Part shown: piece after piece, positions 25,186 through 41,549 of the stretch
How the letters are laid out: every line of letters begins with the position of its first letter
Position numbering within the stretch: the first letter of the stretch is position 1
Assembly (NCBI GenBank): GCA_964016885.1
Contig: OZ024741.1
Span: 179,242,001-179,306,000 of the forward strand
Reading direction: 5' to 3'
Length of the DNA stretch: 64,000 nucleotides
Origin: Eledone cirrhosa
Taxonomy: Eukaryota
Program-made: the position numbers and the translations under genes
The notes under the pieces: model-generated
Told to the model about the DNA's origin: nothing
Seen by the model: only the letters and a program-made list of their open reading frames with translations
Database searches by the model: none

Positions 25186-28100
25186 TTACCTCTTTATTGG
25201 TCACGATACCGCCTCATACAATTACGGTAAAGGTGGTTTGCATCCAGTTTAAACTTTACAAATAGTACAATGTGACAACTGATCACATAATTTCTGGTTA
25301 CCCAATCGTTGTCAAGTACGAGTATATTCCCACAATTTAGAATAGCGTCATTTGGCTGTGAAAACAAATAAATAGCATAAACATGTAACGAACATTGTGG
25401 ATGGCTACAACCAGGCCACATTTATCTGAGACATGCAATTCTAGATAGAAAATAAGTTTACAAAAACTATCCAGATAGAATTATCTGACCAAAATATTGT
25501 CCAGTAATAGGTGGAGTGATTGTCAAAGTACAATGATTTTGAAACTGAAATAAGCGGTATGAACTTGAAAACATTACCTATAATGATAAAGGTACTGTGT
25601 ATAGTGAAAACATGAGCAAAAATATAAGTCATATTATGGCTCACAATTCTACGCAGACTGGCTAGGCGCAGTTCACATACTACATATACCTCACAGCTCT
25701 ATACACAGACATGCGCAGCTCATATCCTATGCTTTCAGTTCAAGAGCGGTAACATGAAGAGGGGAGAGTTCTATACATAGGTAACTACTGCTCTTTCCCT
25801 GAGAATAAAAAACCTTGTCCAGGCCTGTTTTTTTCAAAAGAAACTTTCCGTCTAAAGATCCATGATCTCTTGGGATATACGGATGCCCTGGACATAGTAC
25901 GTAACTTACATATTTTATCTGCCCTGTAGGTTCATGAAGTGACGTAACTAAATACCCCAAGACACTTTATCCGACGCTCTGACAGTTTTGTTAAATAATT
26001 TTTTCTAGGATTGAAACAAAACCAGCAATTTGGGTGAAGGGAAAATCATTTAAATCGACCCCAGTACTTAACTGGTATTTTGTCAACTCCGGAAGGACAA
26101 AAGGCAAAGTTGACCTCGGCGGGATTTGAGCTTAAAATGTAGAAATTCTTGACTAAATACCGCAAAGCATTTTGTCAGGCGCTCAACCGATGCTGCCAAT
26201 CCATTGCCATCTAAATGGCTTGTAACGTAGACATAAGGCAAACAATGTTGATGGCAAAATTGATTAAATGGACTCCAGTACATGACTGGTACTTAATTTT
26301 ATAGACCTCTGAAAGGATGAAATGCAAAGTTGACTTCGGTGAAATTTAAATAGAGCGTAAAAAGCTGGAATAAATACCACAAATCAATTCGCCCGACACT
26401 TTAACGATTCTGCCAATCCACCACCCTAAATTCTGTCAAATAATAACAACAATAAAATTAAAACAATATCAAACTTGAAACTATTGGTAATTTCTGAAAC
26501 ATTTACTCTGAGCAAAACTCTGTGATTGTTGATACGAAAATTCTCCAAAATTCTACAAAAGATACAGCATGGTTGAATGGTTAAGAAGTTTCTCCTCCCT
26601 CATTAGGCCCCTGGTTCGATCCCACTACTTGTCATCTTGCGCATGTGTTATTTACCATATCTTCGGGTCGGCCCATGCTGGAAATCTTTAAACGTAAACT
26701 GTAAGCCTGTCGGCTGGACTGTATCTGTAATTCAAAGAACATTCGTGTCACATACACTAGCATGGTAGATCTCAAGTACTACATTTATGGTACACATGCC
26801 TGTGGAATGCTCAGCCCCTTGAACGTTGATTTCAATGAGCAGGCTCTTCCGTTGATCGAACAACTGGAACACTCATACTGGAACACTCATCGTCGAAGCT
26901 AATGGAGCTCCATTTCACATGCAGAATAGTTAATATATGTGCTAGTATCGTAAGCTAGCCGTTAGCGCATCGGATAGAAAGCATCGAGGTATTCATTCCG
27001 ATTCTCTGCGCTTTGAGTTTGAATCCCGCTGAAGTCAACTTTGACTTTCATACTATTAATATCGATAAATAAAGTACCAGTCCAGTATTAGAGCGAATTT
27101 TTCCCTCCTTTTCTTTCTTTTGGGGATAAATCGGCTGTAGTTAGACTTGGTGAGGGATGGGCTTCAAAAGGTTTAAGTGCCCAAGATACGTTGCCATGAC
27201 GGCGTCTGTTACGACTCTACCAGGATTGAGGGCTTCCTAAGAAGGATGAAATTCGGAATATTACATAAATATTTGATTGAATAACAGATTTTAAATTACC
27301 ACATACATAAAAGGTAACTAAATTCAATTAAAAATGTACACCAGGCCCCATAAAATTATTTCAAACGAACTTTGTCAAACATATTAGAATTATTAATATT
27401 AATTGAAATTTTAAAAAAAAGAAATTATGTTTACTCACTGACGAGCGACTACCATTATTAAGGCTGTGGTTACTGTTTGTTTATGCTTCAGAAATCGAAA
27501 AAAATAAGTACTAGGATTGATATGACCGACTATAATCCCTTCAATGTGTTCCCCTAGTATGGTCAGTCTTGTCGTTGTTCTTTATGTTCTTGTCATTATT
27601 TACGTTATGTTTATTGTTGCCGACCTACTTTTTTATATTGGGGGGGGGGGGTCAGAGATTCTTCTGTTTTTCACCTAACAAAATAGTTTAAGGAACGTTC
27701 CTCCTCATATACAGATTACTTTACGTCCAGCTGAATTTTGAAATATTATTTCATGTACGATATACTTTGCACTTGAAACGTTCTTTTTAATTTTCGCATC
27801 ATCATTATCATCGTCTGATAGCAGCAAAACATGGTCACAACCTCCTCCACCCATTACAGCTTTCATAATCAGTTATGAACCAGTGGTCGGGTGATCTGAA
27901 TATTTAGACAGAAATTGAACTCAAGACGCGAAGTGCTACGTGAGATACCGCAAGGTAGCTCATTTGACAGTCAAACAATTCCACCAAGTCAACTGCCATG
28001 AAGTTGGAATTTATTTTATCAACCTCAAAATAAATAAAATATATGAAAGGTAAAATTGACCCCAGAGTGAACAAATACCATAAGATATATCCGACGCTCA

Positions 28101-29180
28101 AATAATAACGTTTCGCCGCCTATGTTTCAGTTTTCCAATACCATTGTGAGCCTGTCTGAATTCTCTTCCCTCAAAAGAAAACCGGTGGGTCAACTGTCGT
28201 TAAACATATTCTACAGAGAAAGCAATGCTGGAACATCACATAAAGTCACTCGCAGACACACTCAATTCTCTGGCCTACAGGGGTGCTATTTCTTCGTTCA
28301 GTTGTTTTTACTACCACTACTACAATAGTCTGTCCTCCTCAGACTCAGTTGGTTCCTCCTCCACTCAAACACTTCCGACTCACTCGATCTCTCCATCTCT
28401 CAGCACCTTTTTGTCCAACTTCCTTACGTAGACCTCACTAACTCCAATACCCAGAACTTCTTGATCAGAACGTCGGCTCTTTCGATCTGCTCATGGTTTT
28501 TCTACATGCAATAGTTGAAACGGAACATCAACGGCATCAATTTCTCCAGTCTCACAAACTTGTGAAGACGAAGCATTGCTCCTTCCTCCGGACTTTCCAA
28601 GTGGAAAACACATTGTAAAGGAGTAAATTATATAAACAACAAATACTTTTTTCTATAACATGTTCATTCTCTTACACAGGTCATCCTATATTCCATGAAA
28701 TTGGATCTTAAAGTGCATATCAATGTTTCTTTGAGGGTGTGTTTTTTGTGTTTTTGTTGTTTTTATGTTTTGTTGTTTTTTTGTTGTTTTTTTTTGTTAT
28801 TCGTTAAAATAACTAAATGTGACTGAATAAATGTTACCGTTGCAGTTTTGTTCAACTTTAATGACTTCTTTATCGCTTTCTACTGAACTTTGACCATATT
28901 TCTCTATATTTTCCCTTCAATTAATAAATTAATCTATCTTTGAAAGAAATATATATTATGAAATTGTTCATTAAAAAAAAACTTCCATTGTTAATTCAGA
29001 AAATAGAATGATGTTTATTTTTTCGATGTAATATGTTTTCATATTTTACGTGAGTGATAATTTATTGCAAGGACAAAAAACTTTGAAACATACATATATA
29101 CACAACGAGAGAGAGAGAGAGAGAGAGAGAGAGCAAGAGATATATACATGCACGCAGAATACAGTAATATTTTAGGATAC

Positions 29181-29450
29181 TATTGAGTTGGCAAGAAAGT
29201 AATTTCGGTTTTTTAGTGTGAAATAAAAGTCATTTTTGTTTTTCATACAAAGAATGATCTAATCAATTATAATCAATTATATATTTTCCATTTTTGTTCG
29301 ATGACCTTTTGCCATCTTTCTGGCAACTTCATGATTCCGCGCTCATAGAACTTCTGGTCCTTATCAGCCAATAACTGAAGCAAGTGCGATTTCAGGTTAT
29401 CATCATTATTGAAAGTTTTACCATTCGAAGATTAACATTCAGAAGCGGAA
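29181..29450 (-). mobile_element. mariner-type transposon 3' end with TIR
   Basis: TIR TATTGAGTTGGCAAGAAAGTAATTTCGG resembles mariner TIRs; minus translation NGKTFNNDDNLKSHLLQLLADKDQKFYERGIMKLPERWQKVIEQ. Confidence 0.88.
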
Positions 29451-29460
29451 GTCAATCATA

Positions 29461-30802
29461 AAGGAAGTCAATCATAACGTTTTGGATTACGTCCTTCATT
29501 AGATGCTTAAGAGAAGGAGAATTGTTGTTCACGGCTTGGTCTAGATTGATTAGACATGTGGTGCAGGCAAACTCAGAAGACGTTTAAGTTTTTGGTGGAA
29601 TGTTCGACTGACTGAAAATGGCGGGGGACAGGAAAATCTGCGAAGCGAATGCCACGGAGGAACTCGGTGTAGCAAACTGCCAATCAGCTCACTCTCTGGC
29701 CGATGTAAAAGGTGGGACACAATGAGAATCTTACGCAGTAAATAAGTTTAAAAGAGATACAACTAAAGGAGTCCGAAATATGGAAGGTAGGCAATTGTGT
29801 CCAGTGAGGGAGTTGATGTTAGTGATGAACGGAGAGGTGTGGTAACAAAGTCAGGAGCAAAGTTAAGATCCGTGTGGCAAGATGGAAGGTAGGGGAGAGC
29901 AGCTGTGAACCAGGGTTACGAAGGTTACCGATGTGCTTGAAGGAAAATAGTGGTGGATTGAGATGAGATGTTGTCATGTGGGATCGGATTGGAGAATGCG
30001 GAAAGTGTGCATAGTTTTATGATGAAAGTATAAAATGGAGGGCTAGTAGGAAAGAGGAAAGGATAGACTATCAGTGGTCTACGTGGAGTAGGAAGATGGG
30101 AAGTTGAGGTAAGGGTGGGAGGCAGCAAAAGTAGATAAGAAGTGATTTGGGTAGTGGATAGAAACAGAGATGTCAGATAAGCTGGGGGAGGTGTCGGAGA
30201 TGGCAGATGGGCACTGAAAAATAGGATGAAAGGAATTGATGTAGGGGGAGAGTACTGAATAGTGTATGAGAGAGGGGGTAGTTCCGATAATGTCGTCAAT
30301 GTAGTGGCCATGTAGTCAAGGGTGGGGGTCGGACGAACGATGAGAACATAGCCAACGATAAGATTAGTATAGTTAGGACCTATTTTCGTTCCCATAGCCA
30401 CCACTTTAACTTGGTGGTAAACATTTCCCACAAAAACCATCACAGTTTAGGATGAGGACAAGTACAGTAAGACGGAAGAAGGAGGAAATGCTGGGTTATG
30501 TGATAGTGTGACAGTTAAGGGGTCATTGTTGTAAAAGGATAGTAGTACAGAGAGATTTTCTGCCCGTGATGATAAACGAGAGATCGAAAATTAAGAAAAA
30601 TTTGAAGTGACGGAAAGTGTGGTTGTGTCATGGACTTGAAAGGGGAGGGAGTCAACTAAGGGTGTGAAGATGAAGCCAAGGCATTTTTTAGATTAGTTTA
30701 ATGAGGCAGTTGCAGACGGAAATAAGGTGGCCAGGGCAGCTGAGCTTATGGAATTTGGAGAAGGAAATAGATGGTGGAAGTGTAAAGAGTGCAGACGATA
30801 GG
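29461..30802 (-). pseudogene. Penelope-like element remnant (RT + C-terminal GIY-YIG; Neptune-like), 5' end at a (TACA)n tract
   Basis: QVKVVAMGTKIGPNYTNLIVGYV, YIDDIIGT (RT); DSFSCISFKLIYCVRFSLCPTFYIGQ...PVPRHFQS (GIY-YIG). Confidence 0.85.
29473..29505 (-). ncRNA. Degenerate minimal hammerhead at the PLE 3' end
   Basis: CAU-CUAAUGA(G5>A)-a-GGA cguaa UCC-AAAA(G12>A)-CG-UU-AUG immediately downstream of the GIY-YIG remnant. Confidence 0.6.
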
Positions 30803-31028
30803 TGTATGTATGTATGTATGTATGTATGTATGTATGTATGTATGTATGTATGTATGTATGTATATAATGCCATCGTAACAGCATATTTTACGATTACAGG
30901 TGATGAAGGGCTTTCCATTTGATCTGGATTGCGTAACTAGGTAAACCTAATTAAAATATTAAAAGGAAAGAAATGTACATCACGTAATAGAAGATTGAAA
31001 TTTAATTACATCTTTATCTCGAAGCCTA

Positions 31029-31125
<97 letters not shown>

Positions 31126-31139
31126 GTATATATATATAC

Positions 31140-31199
<60 letters not shown>

Positions 31200-31218
31200 G
31201 TATATATATATATATACG

Positions 31219-31560
<342 letters not shown>

Positions 31561-31764
31561 CCAATGTCTGAAATGCAGATGAAAATTGGGTTAATTCTAG
31601 TATTTTATCATTAAAGGCAAAAAATCTCAATATCACTTTTGAACTTTTGATTGAACATTTTCAAAGAAACCATTGGAGCTTCGTGTCTCAATATGTGGCT
31701 TTCTGTAATTCCTTTCAATTCTATTTTTTTTCCAAAATTAATAAGGCATCCCTCCTCTTTCACT

Positions 31765-31830
<66 letters not shown>

Positions 31831-31837
<7 letters not shown>

Positions 31838-31997
31838 ATACTTTGGGAGGGTCATGTTGCCAATAAGAAATACACGCACCAGTTGCTTTCACTTCAATTT
31901 ATTATAATATTGGCAACATGACCCTCCCAAAGTATAACAATATCGGTTTCAACACACGTTTTCAGATAAAGAATCTTGCTAAACAAATTCAGAAACG

Positions 31998-32000
<3 letters not shown>
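31831..32000 (-). mobile_element. (TA)n-embedded element with 35-bp inverted repeat (31831-31865 / 31908-31942)
   Basis: TATTGTTATACTTTGGGAGGGTCATGTTGCCAATA repeated inverted; same terminus as 10826-10852; truncated CUGAAAA..GAAACCG on minus at ~31943-31967. Confidence 0.7.
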
Positions 32001-32032
<32 letters not shown>

Positions 32033-32080
32033 TAAAATATCAGAGGCCATATTCAGTTGATTCAGGTTTATTTAAAAGTT

Positions 32081-32137
32081 CGTTATACATATTTCACTGA
32101 GGACTGTCAGTTATGATAGCCTGAGCTCTTCAGGCGG
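32081..32137 (-). ncRNA. Hammerhead-like motif with long stem II
   Basis: CGC-CUGAAGA-(GCU c AGG CUAUCA uaac UGACAG u CCU c AGU)-GAAA-UAUGUA-UA-ACG; stem I weak. Confidence 0.5.
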
Positions 32138-32297
32138 TAAAACCTAAAATAAACATTGAAAGTTCCAAAGGAACATTTAACTTTGGAAGAATCTAATACT
32201 TTCCTCGAAAAAAGATTTTCATTTCACATCCGACAGATCATAATGTGGTCCGCACATCTCTGTGTTCGGTTAACCCCATACTCTGATATATATATAT

Positions 32298-32399
<102 letters not shown>

Positions 32400-32530
32400 G
32401 TGAGTTTTTTTTTACAAAATGAAAAATAACCGAGGTGTCCTACACGAGTGGAAGTATAAAGAAAAAGAGATGAAATCGAAAATGCAACTGAAGTCTTATT
32501 TTTTTTTTAAATATATATATTTATTTGGTT

Positions 32531-32568
32531 CCTTTACCGGTTTCGCAGTTCTTCTGCTTTTCAAAAGG
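32531..32568 (-). ncRNA. Minimal type I hammerhead ribozyme with U3-A8 covariant core (family D)
   Basis: CCUU-UUGAAAA-GCAG aagaa CUGC-GAAA-CCGG-UA-AAGG; stems I and II perfectly paired, palindromic stem III ACCGGU, GUA triplet. Confidence 0.78.
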
Positions 32569-32584
32569 TGAGTTGAGATGGAGG

Positions 32585-32624
32585 GTCTGTGGTTTTTCTC
32601 ACATCTGTGAGAAAAACCACAGAC
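32585..32624. repeat. Perfect 19-bp-arm palindrome capping the family D element
   Basis: GTCTGTGGTTTTTCTCACA-TC-TGTGAGAAAAACCACAGAC. Confidence 0.95.
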
Positions 32625-32631
32625 TCTCTTG

Positions 32632-32811
<180 letters not shown>

Positions 32812-32849
32812 TATATATGTATGTGTGTGTGTGTGTGTGTGTGTATATA

Positions 32850-33178
32850 AATCAAGAAAATAGAGTGACATGGTTTGCTATATAATAAGGGCTTTATTCA
32901 CATTGCTGACAATTGTTTCTCTGAACTGGTAGGTCTAGAGATCGCTACCCGCCTGTTTTTGCGTCAATCGATCACCAATACTTTGTTATGACCAGTCTAT
33001 TCATCAGAGCAAAGTATTGGTGATCGATTGACGCAAAAACATTATTATTACTCCAAGTGTAAACTACATAGAAATCACTATGGAAACGTCTTGTCGAGTC
33101 AAACTTAGCCAAGCGTTAATACTATCCACTACTCGGAGTACCCTAACTGGACTACCTGTAACAATAATTTGTTATCCC
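32850..33178 (-). mobile_element. (TA)n-embedded element, family C, with hammerhead interrupted by an inverted duplication
   Basis: Minus: UUGCU-CUGAUGA (33012-33001) ... GAAA-CAAUUG-UC-AGCAA (32919-32903); 32955-32985 is an inverted copy of 33010-33041. Confidence 0.75.
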
Positions 33179-33399
33179 ATATATATATATATATATATAT
33201 ATATAAGTAATGTAAATAATAATTTTATGTTTTGATAATTTTCTGCCTTGCCATACGTATTGCAATACATATTTATTGTCTCCGTAATATTATCATATGA
33301 GTACGTTCTGGAATACGGTATTGTTCGCATCTAATTTCCATTGAGCTTTTATGGAACAACGAAATCGAGATGTTATTATTTCGATTTATTTATGCCTGT

Positions 33400-33444
<45 letters not shown>

Positions 33445-33495
33445 AGATTCTACAGGACTAGAACTGTTTCATTCATTTGAAATCATCAGGAATCT
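33445..33495 (-). ncRNA. Type I hammerhead ribozyme (family A), intact core
   Basis: AGAUUC-CUGAUGA-u UUC aaau GAA u-GAAA-CAG uucuaguc CUG-UA-GAAUCU. Confidence 0.85.
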
Positions 33496-33728
33496 GGGTA
33501 TCAAAAAATAAATATGGTATTTATAGGTCTCTACAAGTGGTAGGAGAGGGTGGGGAGTGGGATGGGTGCAGGTCATTGGTTGATAGAAAAGGGAATTCAT
33601 TAAAAGCTAATTCTACAAAGCTATAGTTTATTTTTATTTTTATTATTTATGTTTTTAGAGTAACAAGGGCAGACAGAATTCTATAAACAGGTTCCGGATG
33701 GCAACAGGCATATATATATATATAACTG

Positions 33729-33928
<200 letters not shown>

Positions 33929-34061
33929 TGAAGTGAACCTAAATACTGAGTGCTCACCCGGGTGAACCTACAGTAACTCCAAGTTACACTCCCTGGATAC
34001 ATATATATATATATATATATATAAATGAAAGGTATAGAAAATATTGTAGCAAAAAGCCAAT

Positions 34062-34121
<60 letters not shown>

Positions 34122-34151
34122 ATATTTATATATATATACATATATATATAC

Positions 34152-34269
<118 letters not shown>

Positions 34270-34393
34270 CAATTTGGCTTAATTTTTTGTAATCCTAAAC
34301 GGCTTCGTGGGTATAAAAGTATATAAAGGATTTGGACATATATACATATATATTATACACACACCACACACAGATTATATATATATGTATATC

Positions 34394-34434
<41 letters not shown>

Positions 34435-34437
<3 letters not shown>

Positions 34438-34514
34438 AAAAGGCGGCTGAGCTTCGGCCGTTTCTCAGCTAGATCCGTTATGGTCCACATGGTTCCTTAC
34501 CACACTTTATTTGT
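34435..34514 (+). mobile_element. Internally deleted family B element
   Basis: GGCGGCTGAGCTTCGGCCGTTTC fused to CGTTATGGTCCACATGGTTCCTTACCACAC. Confidence 0.65.
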
Positions 34515-34556
34515 TATATATACACATGTGTGTGTGTGTGTGTGTGTGTGTGTACG

Positions 34557-34588
<32 letters not shown>

Positions 34589-35098
34589 ACTCTTGATTTT
34601 GTCGTGCGAGAGAAGAACTATTTCAATATTGAAAGATATTTCGAAACAATGATCGACAACAAAGGAAATAACACACCAGTTGATCTCAGAGCCTGTAACA
34701 TGTGGTGTATATCGTGTAGATATTTTTCCAATTTCTTGTTTCCTTGTATAATCATTTCTTGCAATCGAAATATCCGTTTTTGTGAGCAGATAGAGTGATA
34801 TATTTAATAGAATTGTTACGGTTGACATAGTTAGCCATCACCGATTAAATGGGGCTTCATTGGCTTATTTTTCCACTTTTGTTTCCTAACATGCTTGAAT
34901 TTTTTAGATTTGGTTCATAATTCTTTCTTTAAATTTGTCGTACTGTTTTCTGTTGTTTTTTTTTTTTGCTTCTTTTGTTGCTGTTTTTTTTTTGTTTTTA
35001 ATTTGTTTTTGTCGTATTACTAAACCAAGAGGACAGGTCATAACTAATGATCTAGGAACTCTTGGTTACTCTCTCCTGGAGTTTATGCGCCCATCATC

Positions 35099-35134
<36 letters not shown>

Positions 35135-35289
35135 GCATTTATCTTGCTTTATGTTCATACGAGTTATCACCAAGTCACAACCAGTAACCTCAAGAGACAA
35201 CAAGGTCCGCCATGTTCAAGAAAGAACATACATACACACACACATGCATCTTTATGTGTTTAGACTTGTGATGTACTTATATTATTATT

Positions 35290-35362
35290 ATTACGGGGTC
35301 GATAAAATAAAGTACCAGTAATGCACTGGGTAATTGCTGGCCTTGTGCCTAACGTAGAAACA

Positions 35363-35409
<47 letters not shown>

Positions 35410-35607
35410 GGGTGGTGGTTTGGCAGTATCGGTAGAGGGTCGGACAACAGGCTTTGCAGCACAGAGTTACGCCCCTTTCTGATCTGAGTTCAAATCCTGC
35501 CGAGGTTAACTTTGCCTTTCATCCTTACAGGGTCGATAAAATAAAGTACCAGTAATGCACTAGTACCAGTAATGCACCAGTAATGCACTTGTGCCAAAAT
35601 AGAAACA

Positions 35608-35656
<49 letters not shown>

Positions 35657-36450
35657 GGGCGGTGGATTGGCAGTATCGGTAGAGGGTCCCATGCTTTGCA
35701 GCATAGAGTTAAATCCCGCCGAGGTTAACTTTGCCGTTCATCCTTACGGGATCGATAAAATAAAGAACCTGTCACACACTGGTGTCGATTTAATCAACTT
35801 TCCGCTCCCCCCAAAATTACTGGCCTTGTGCCTATATAAGAATTATTATTATTATTATTATTATTTCTTCCTGCTGTTGTAAAAGGTGGTGAATTGGTAG
35901 AGCGTCGAAGAAAATGCCATTTCGTATTTGTTCTGACTCTTTGCATTTTGTGCTCAAATCCCGCTGAGGTCAACTTTACCTTTCATGCTCCTGAATTTGA
36001 TAAAATAAAGTACCAATCAAGTACTGGGATCGATTTAATCGACTTTCCCTTCCTCAAAATTGCTGGCCTTCTGCCAATGCTAGAAAGAATTATTAACATC
36101 AAGCGACACATTGCAGAGTTGTTAGAGCGTCAGATTAAAATGTTTCACGATATTTCTTCTGGCTTTCTGCGCTGAACTCACCTTTGACTTTCATCCTTCC
36201 GGGGTCGATAAAAGAAAGTGCCAGTCAAAAACTGGGAATGATTTAATCGATTCTTCCTCAGCCCACAAAACATTGATCTTGCGCATATAGAAACTAAGGA
36301 CGCTTGATGGCCAGAATCGTTAGAGGCCAACTTTGCTTTTCATCCTTTAGTGGTCGATAAAATGAAGTATCAGTTATGTAGTGATCTTGATGTAATAGAT
36401 TTTTCCACTCCCTCGAAATTGCTGGCCTTGTGCCAGTGTTAAAATCAAAA
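35290..36450 (+). mobile_element. Head-to-tail cluster of 5-6 tRNA-derived SINE copies separated by (ATT)n
   Basis: Repeated SINE bodies at ~35290, 35408, 35656, 35883, 36170, 36325. Confidence 0.82.
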
Positions 36451-36721
36451 TGGTTGGCTGTAAAATTAACCAAACTTGGAAAAGGCGTTACATATTTTAC
36501 CTCGATTTCTTTTTTATCTATGCTTTGTTTATTGAATACGCTCTAGCTGACGCCATATTCCTACTAAGTATCTTCATATTTTAGTTTAAGAGTTTTACAG
36601 TCCATGAAAGAAAACACGTATGATCAATAATAGTCTGAGTAGACTTGTTAAATCTCGTATCAAATATATATATACATATATATATATATATATGCAATAT
36701 ATATATATATATATATATATA

Positions 36722-37068
<347 letters not shown>

Positions 37069-37285
37069 ATGGAATATATATATATATATGTTATGGAATA
37101 ATGTTAGCTTCTCGCTACAACAATTTCTATACTTTTCATTTTTATATATATATATAAGGTGCTTATACGCAGTTGTTACGTTGTAACTTCTTGAGGATAA
37201 GCTGGTCCGAGCGATCCAAAAGCACTTCACATCAGTAGTTTATCCCAGCAAAGAGTTCGTGATTAGGAGTGACGGAGTATTCATT

Positions 37286-40271
<2,986 letters not shown>

Positions 40272-40273
<2 letters not shown>

Positions 40274-40413
40274 GTTATTCCGGGTTGAATCGGAGGTAAC
40301 CACAGTAAGTAAGGTACTCAATACATTGCAGAGTATAAAAGTTTACCTCCGTTTCAACCCGGAATAACGTACCTTTTAGCACTCTCTGTGCCCCTTATAA
40401 CCATTGAATCTCA

Positions 40414-40420
<7 letters not shown>
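40272..40420 (-). mobile_element. Rearranged family A element (terminal segment duplicated in inverted orientation)
   Basis: ACGTTATTCCGGGTTGAATCGGAGGTAA ... TTACCTCCGTTTCAACCCGGAATAACGT; ends in GAATCTCATCTATATTA. Confidence 0.75.
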
Positions 40421-40506
<86 letters not shown>

Positions 40507-40526
40507 CATATATATATATGTATATA

Positions 40527-40565
<39 letters not shown>

Positions 40566-40567
40566 AC

Positions 40568-40601
<34 letters not shown>

Positions 40602-40602
40602 A

Positions 40603-40860
40603 GGTAAGTTATTCCGGGTTGAATCGGAGGTAACCACAATAAGTAAGGTACTCAATACATAGCAGAGTATAAAAACTTTAATATAGATGAGATTCTACAG
40701 GACTAGAACTGTTTCATTCTTTAGAAACCATCCGGAATCTGGCTTTCCAAAATAAATACCACATTATAAATACCACAACATTTATTTTGGAAAGCCAGAT
40801 TCCTGATGATTTCTAAAGAATGAAACAGTTCTAGTCCTGTAGAATCTCATCTATATTAAA
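40603..40860. mobile_element. Family A element with 81-bp inverted arms (40677-40757 / 40780-40860)
   Basis: Arms are reverse complements; the minus-strand arm core is mutated (CGGAUGG), the plus-strand arm is intact. Confidence 0.88.
40797..40847 (+). ncRNA. Type I hammerhead ribozyme (family A), intact core
   Basis: AGAUUC-CUGAUGA-u UUCU aa AGAA u-GAAA-CAG uucuaguc CUG-UA-GAAUCU; predicted cleavage after GUA at 40841. Confidence 0.87.
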
Positions 40861-40872
40861 ACTATACATATG

Positions 40873-40953
<81 letters not shown>

Positions 40954-41067
40954 GCATACACACATAAATATATACACACATATATATATGTACATATATA
41001 TATATGTATAAATGCACACACACATATATATATATATATATACATACCCATACACATATAGACACAC

Positions 41068-41199
<132 letters not shown>

Positions 41200-41200
41200 G

Positions 41201-41485
41201 TGGAGGCACGTGGCCTAGTGGTAAGAGTGTTGGACTTACGATCATAATGTCGTGGGCTCGATTCCTGGGTTGCGTATTGTGTTCTTGAGCAAAACACTTC
41301 ATTTCACGTTGCTCCAGTATACTCAGCTGAAAATGAGTACCAGCAATAGCTGGAGGTTTAACCCTGCGATGGACTGGCGTCCTGTCCAGGGGGGAGTCTG
41401 GTACTCTCAGTCGCTTCACGCCATGAAACCGGGATAAGCACCGGCCAAATGAGCCTTCTGGCTTAAGACAGACTTTAGACTTTTT
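41201..41485 (+). mobile_element. Full-length tRNA-derived CORE-type SINE
   Basis: A box TGGCCTAGTGGT, B box GGCTCGATTCC, CORE-like GTGTTCTTGAGCAAAACACTTCATTTC, CCTGCGATGGACTGGCGTCCTGTCCAGGG, GACTTT tail; related copies at 52450-52690 (-), 57400-57560 (-), 60930-61110 (+). Confidence 0.85.
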
Positions 41486-41549
41486 TTAGATATATGTACA
41501 TATATTTATTTATATATATAAAGTCGAAGCAGTATATCGTTTTAAAGTA

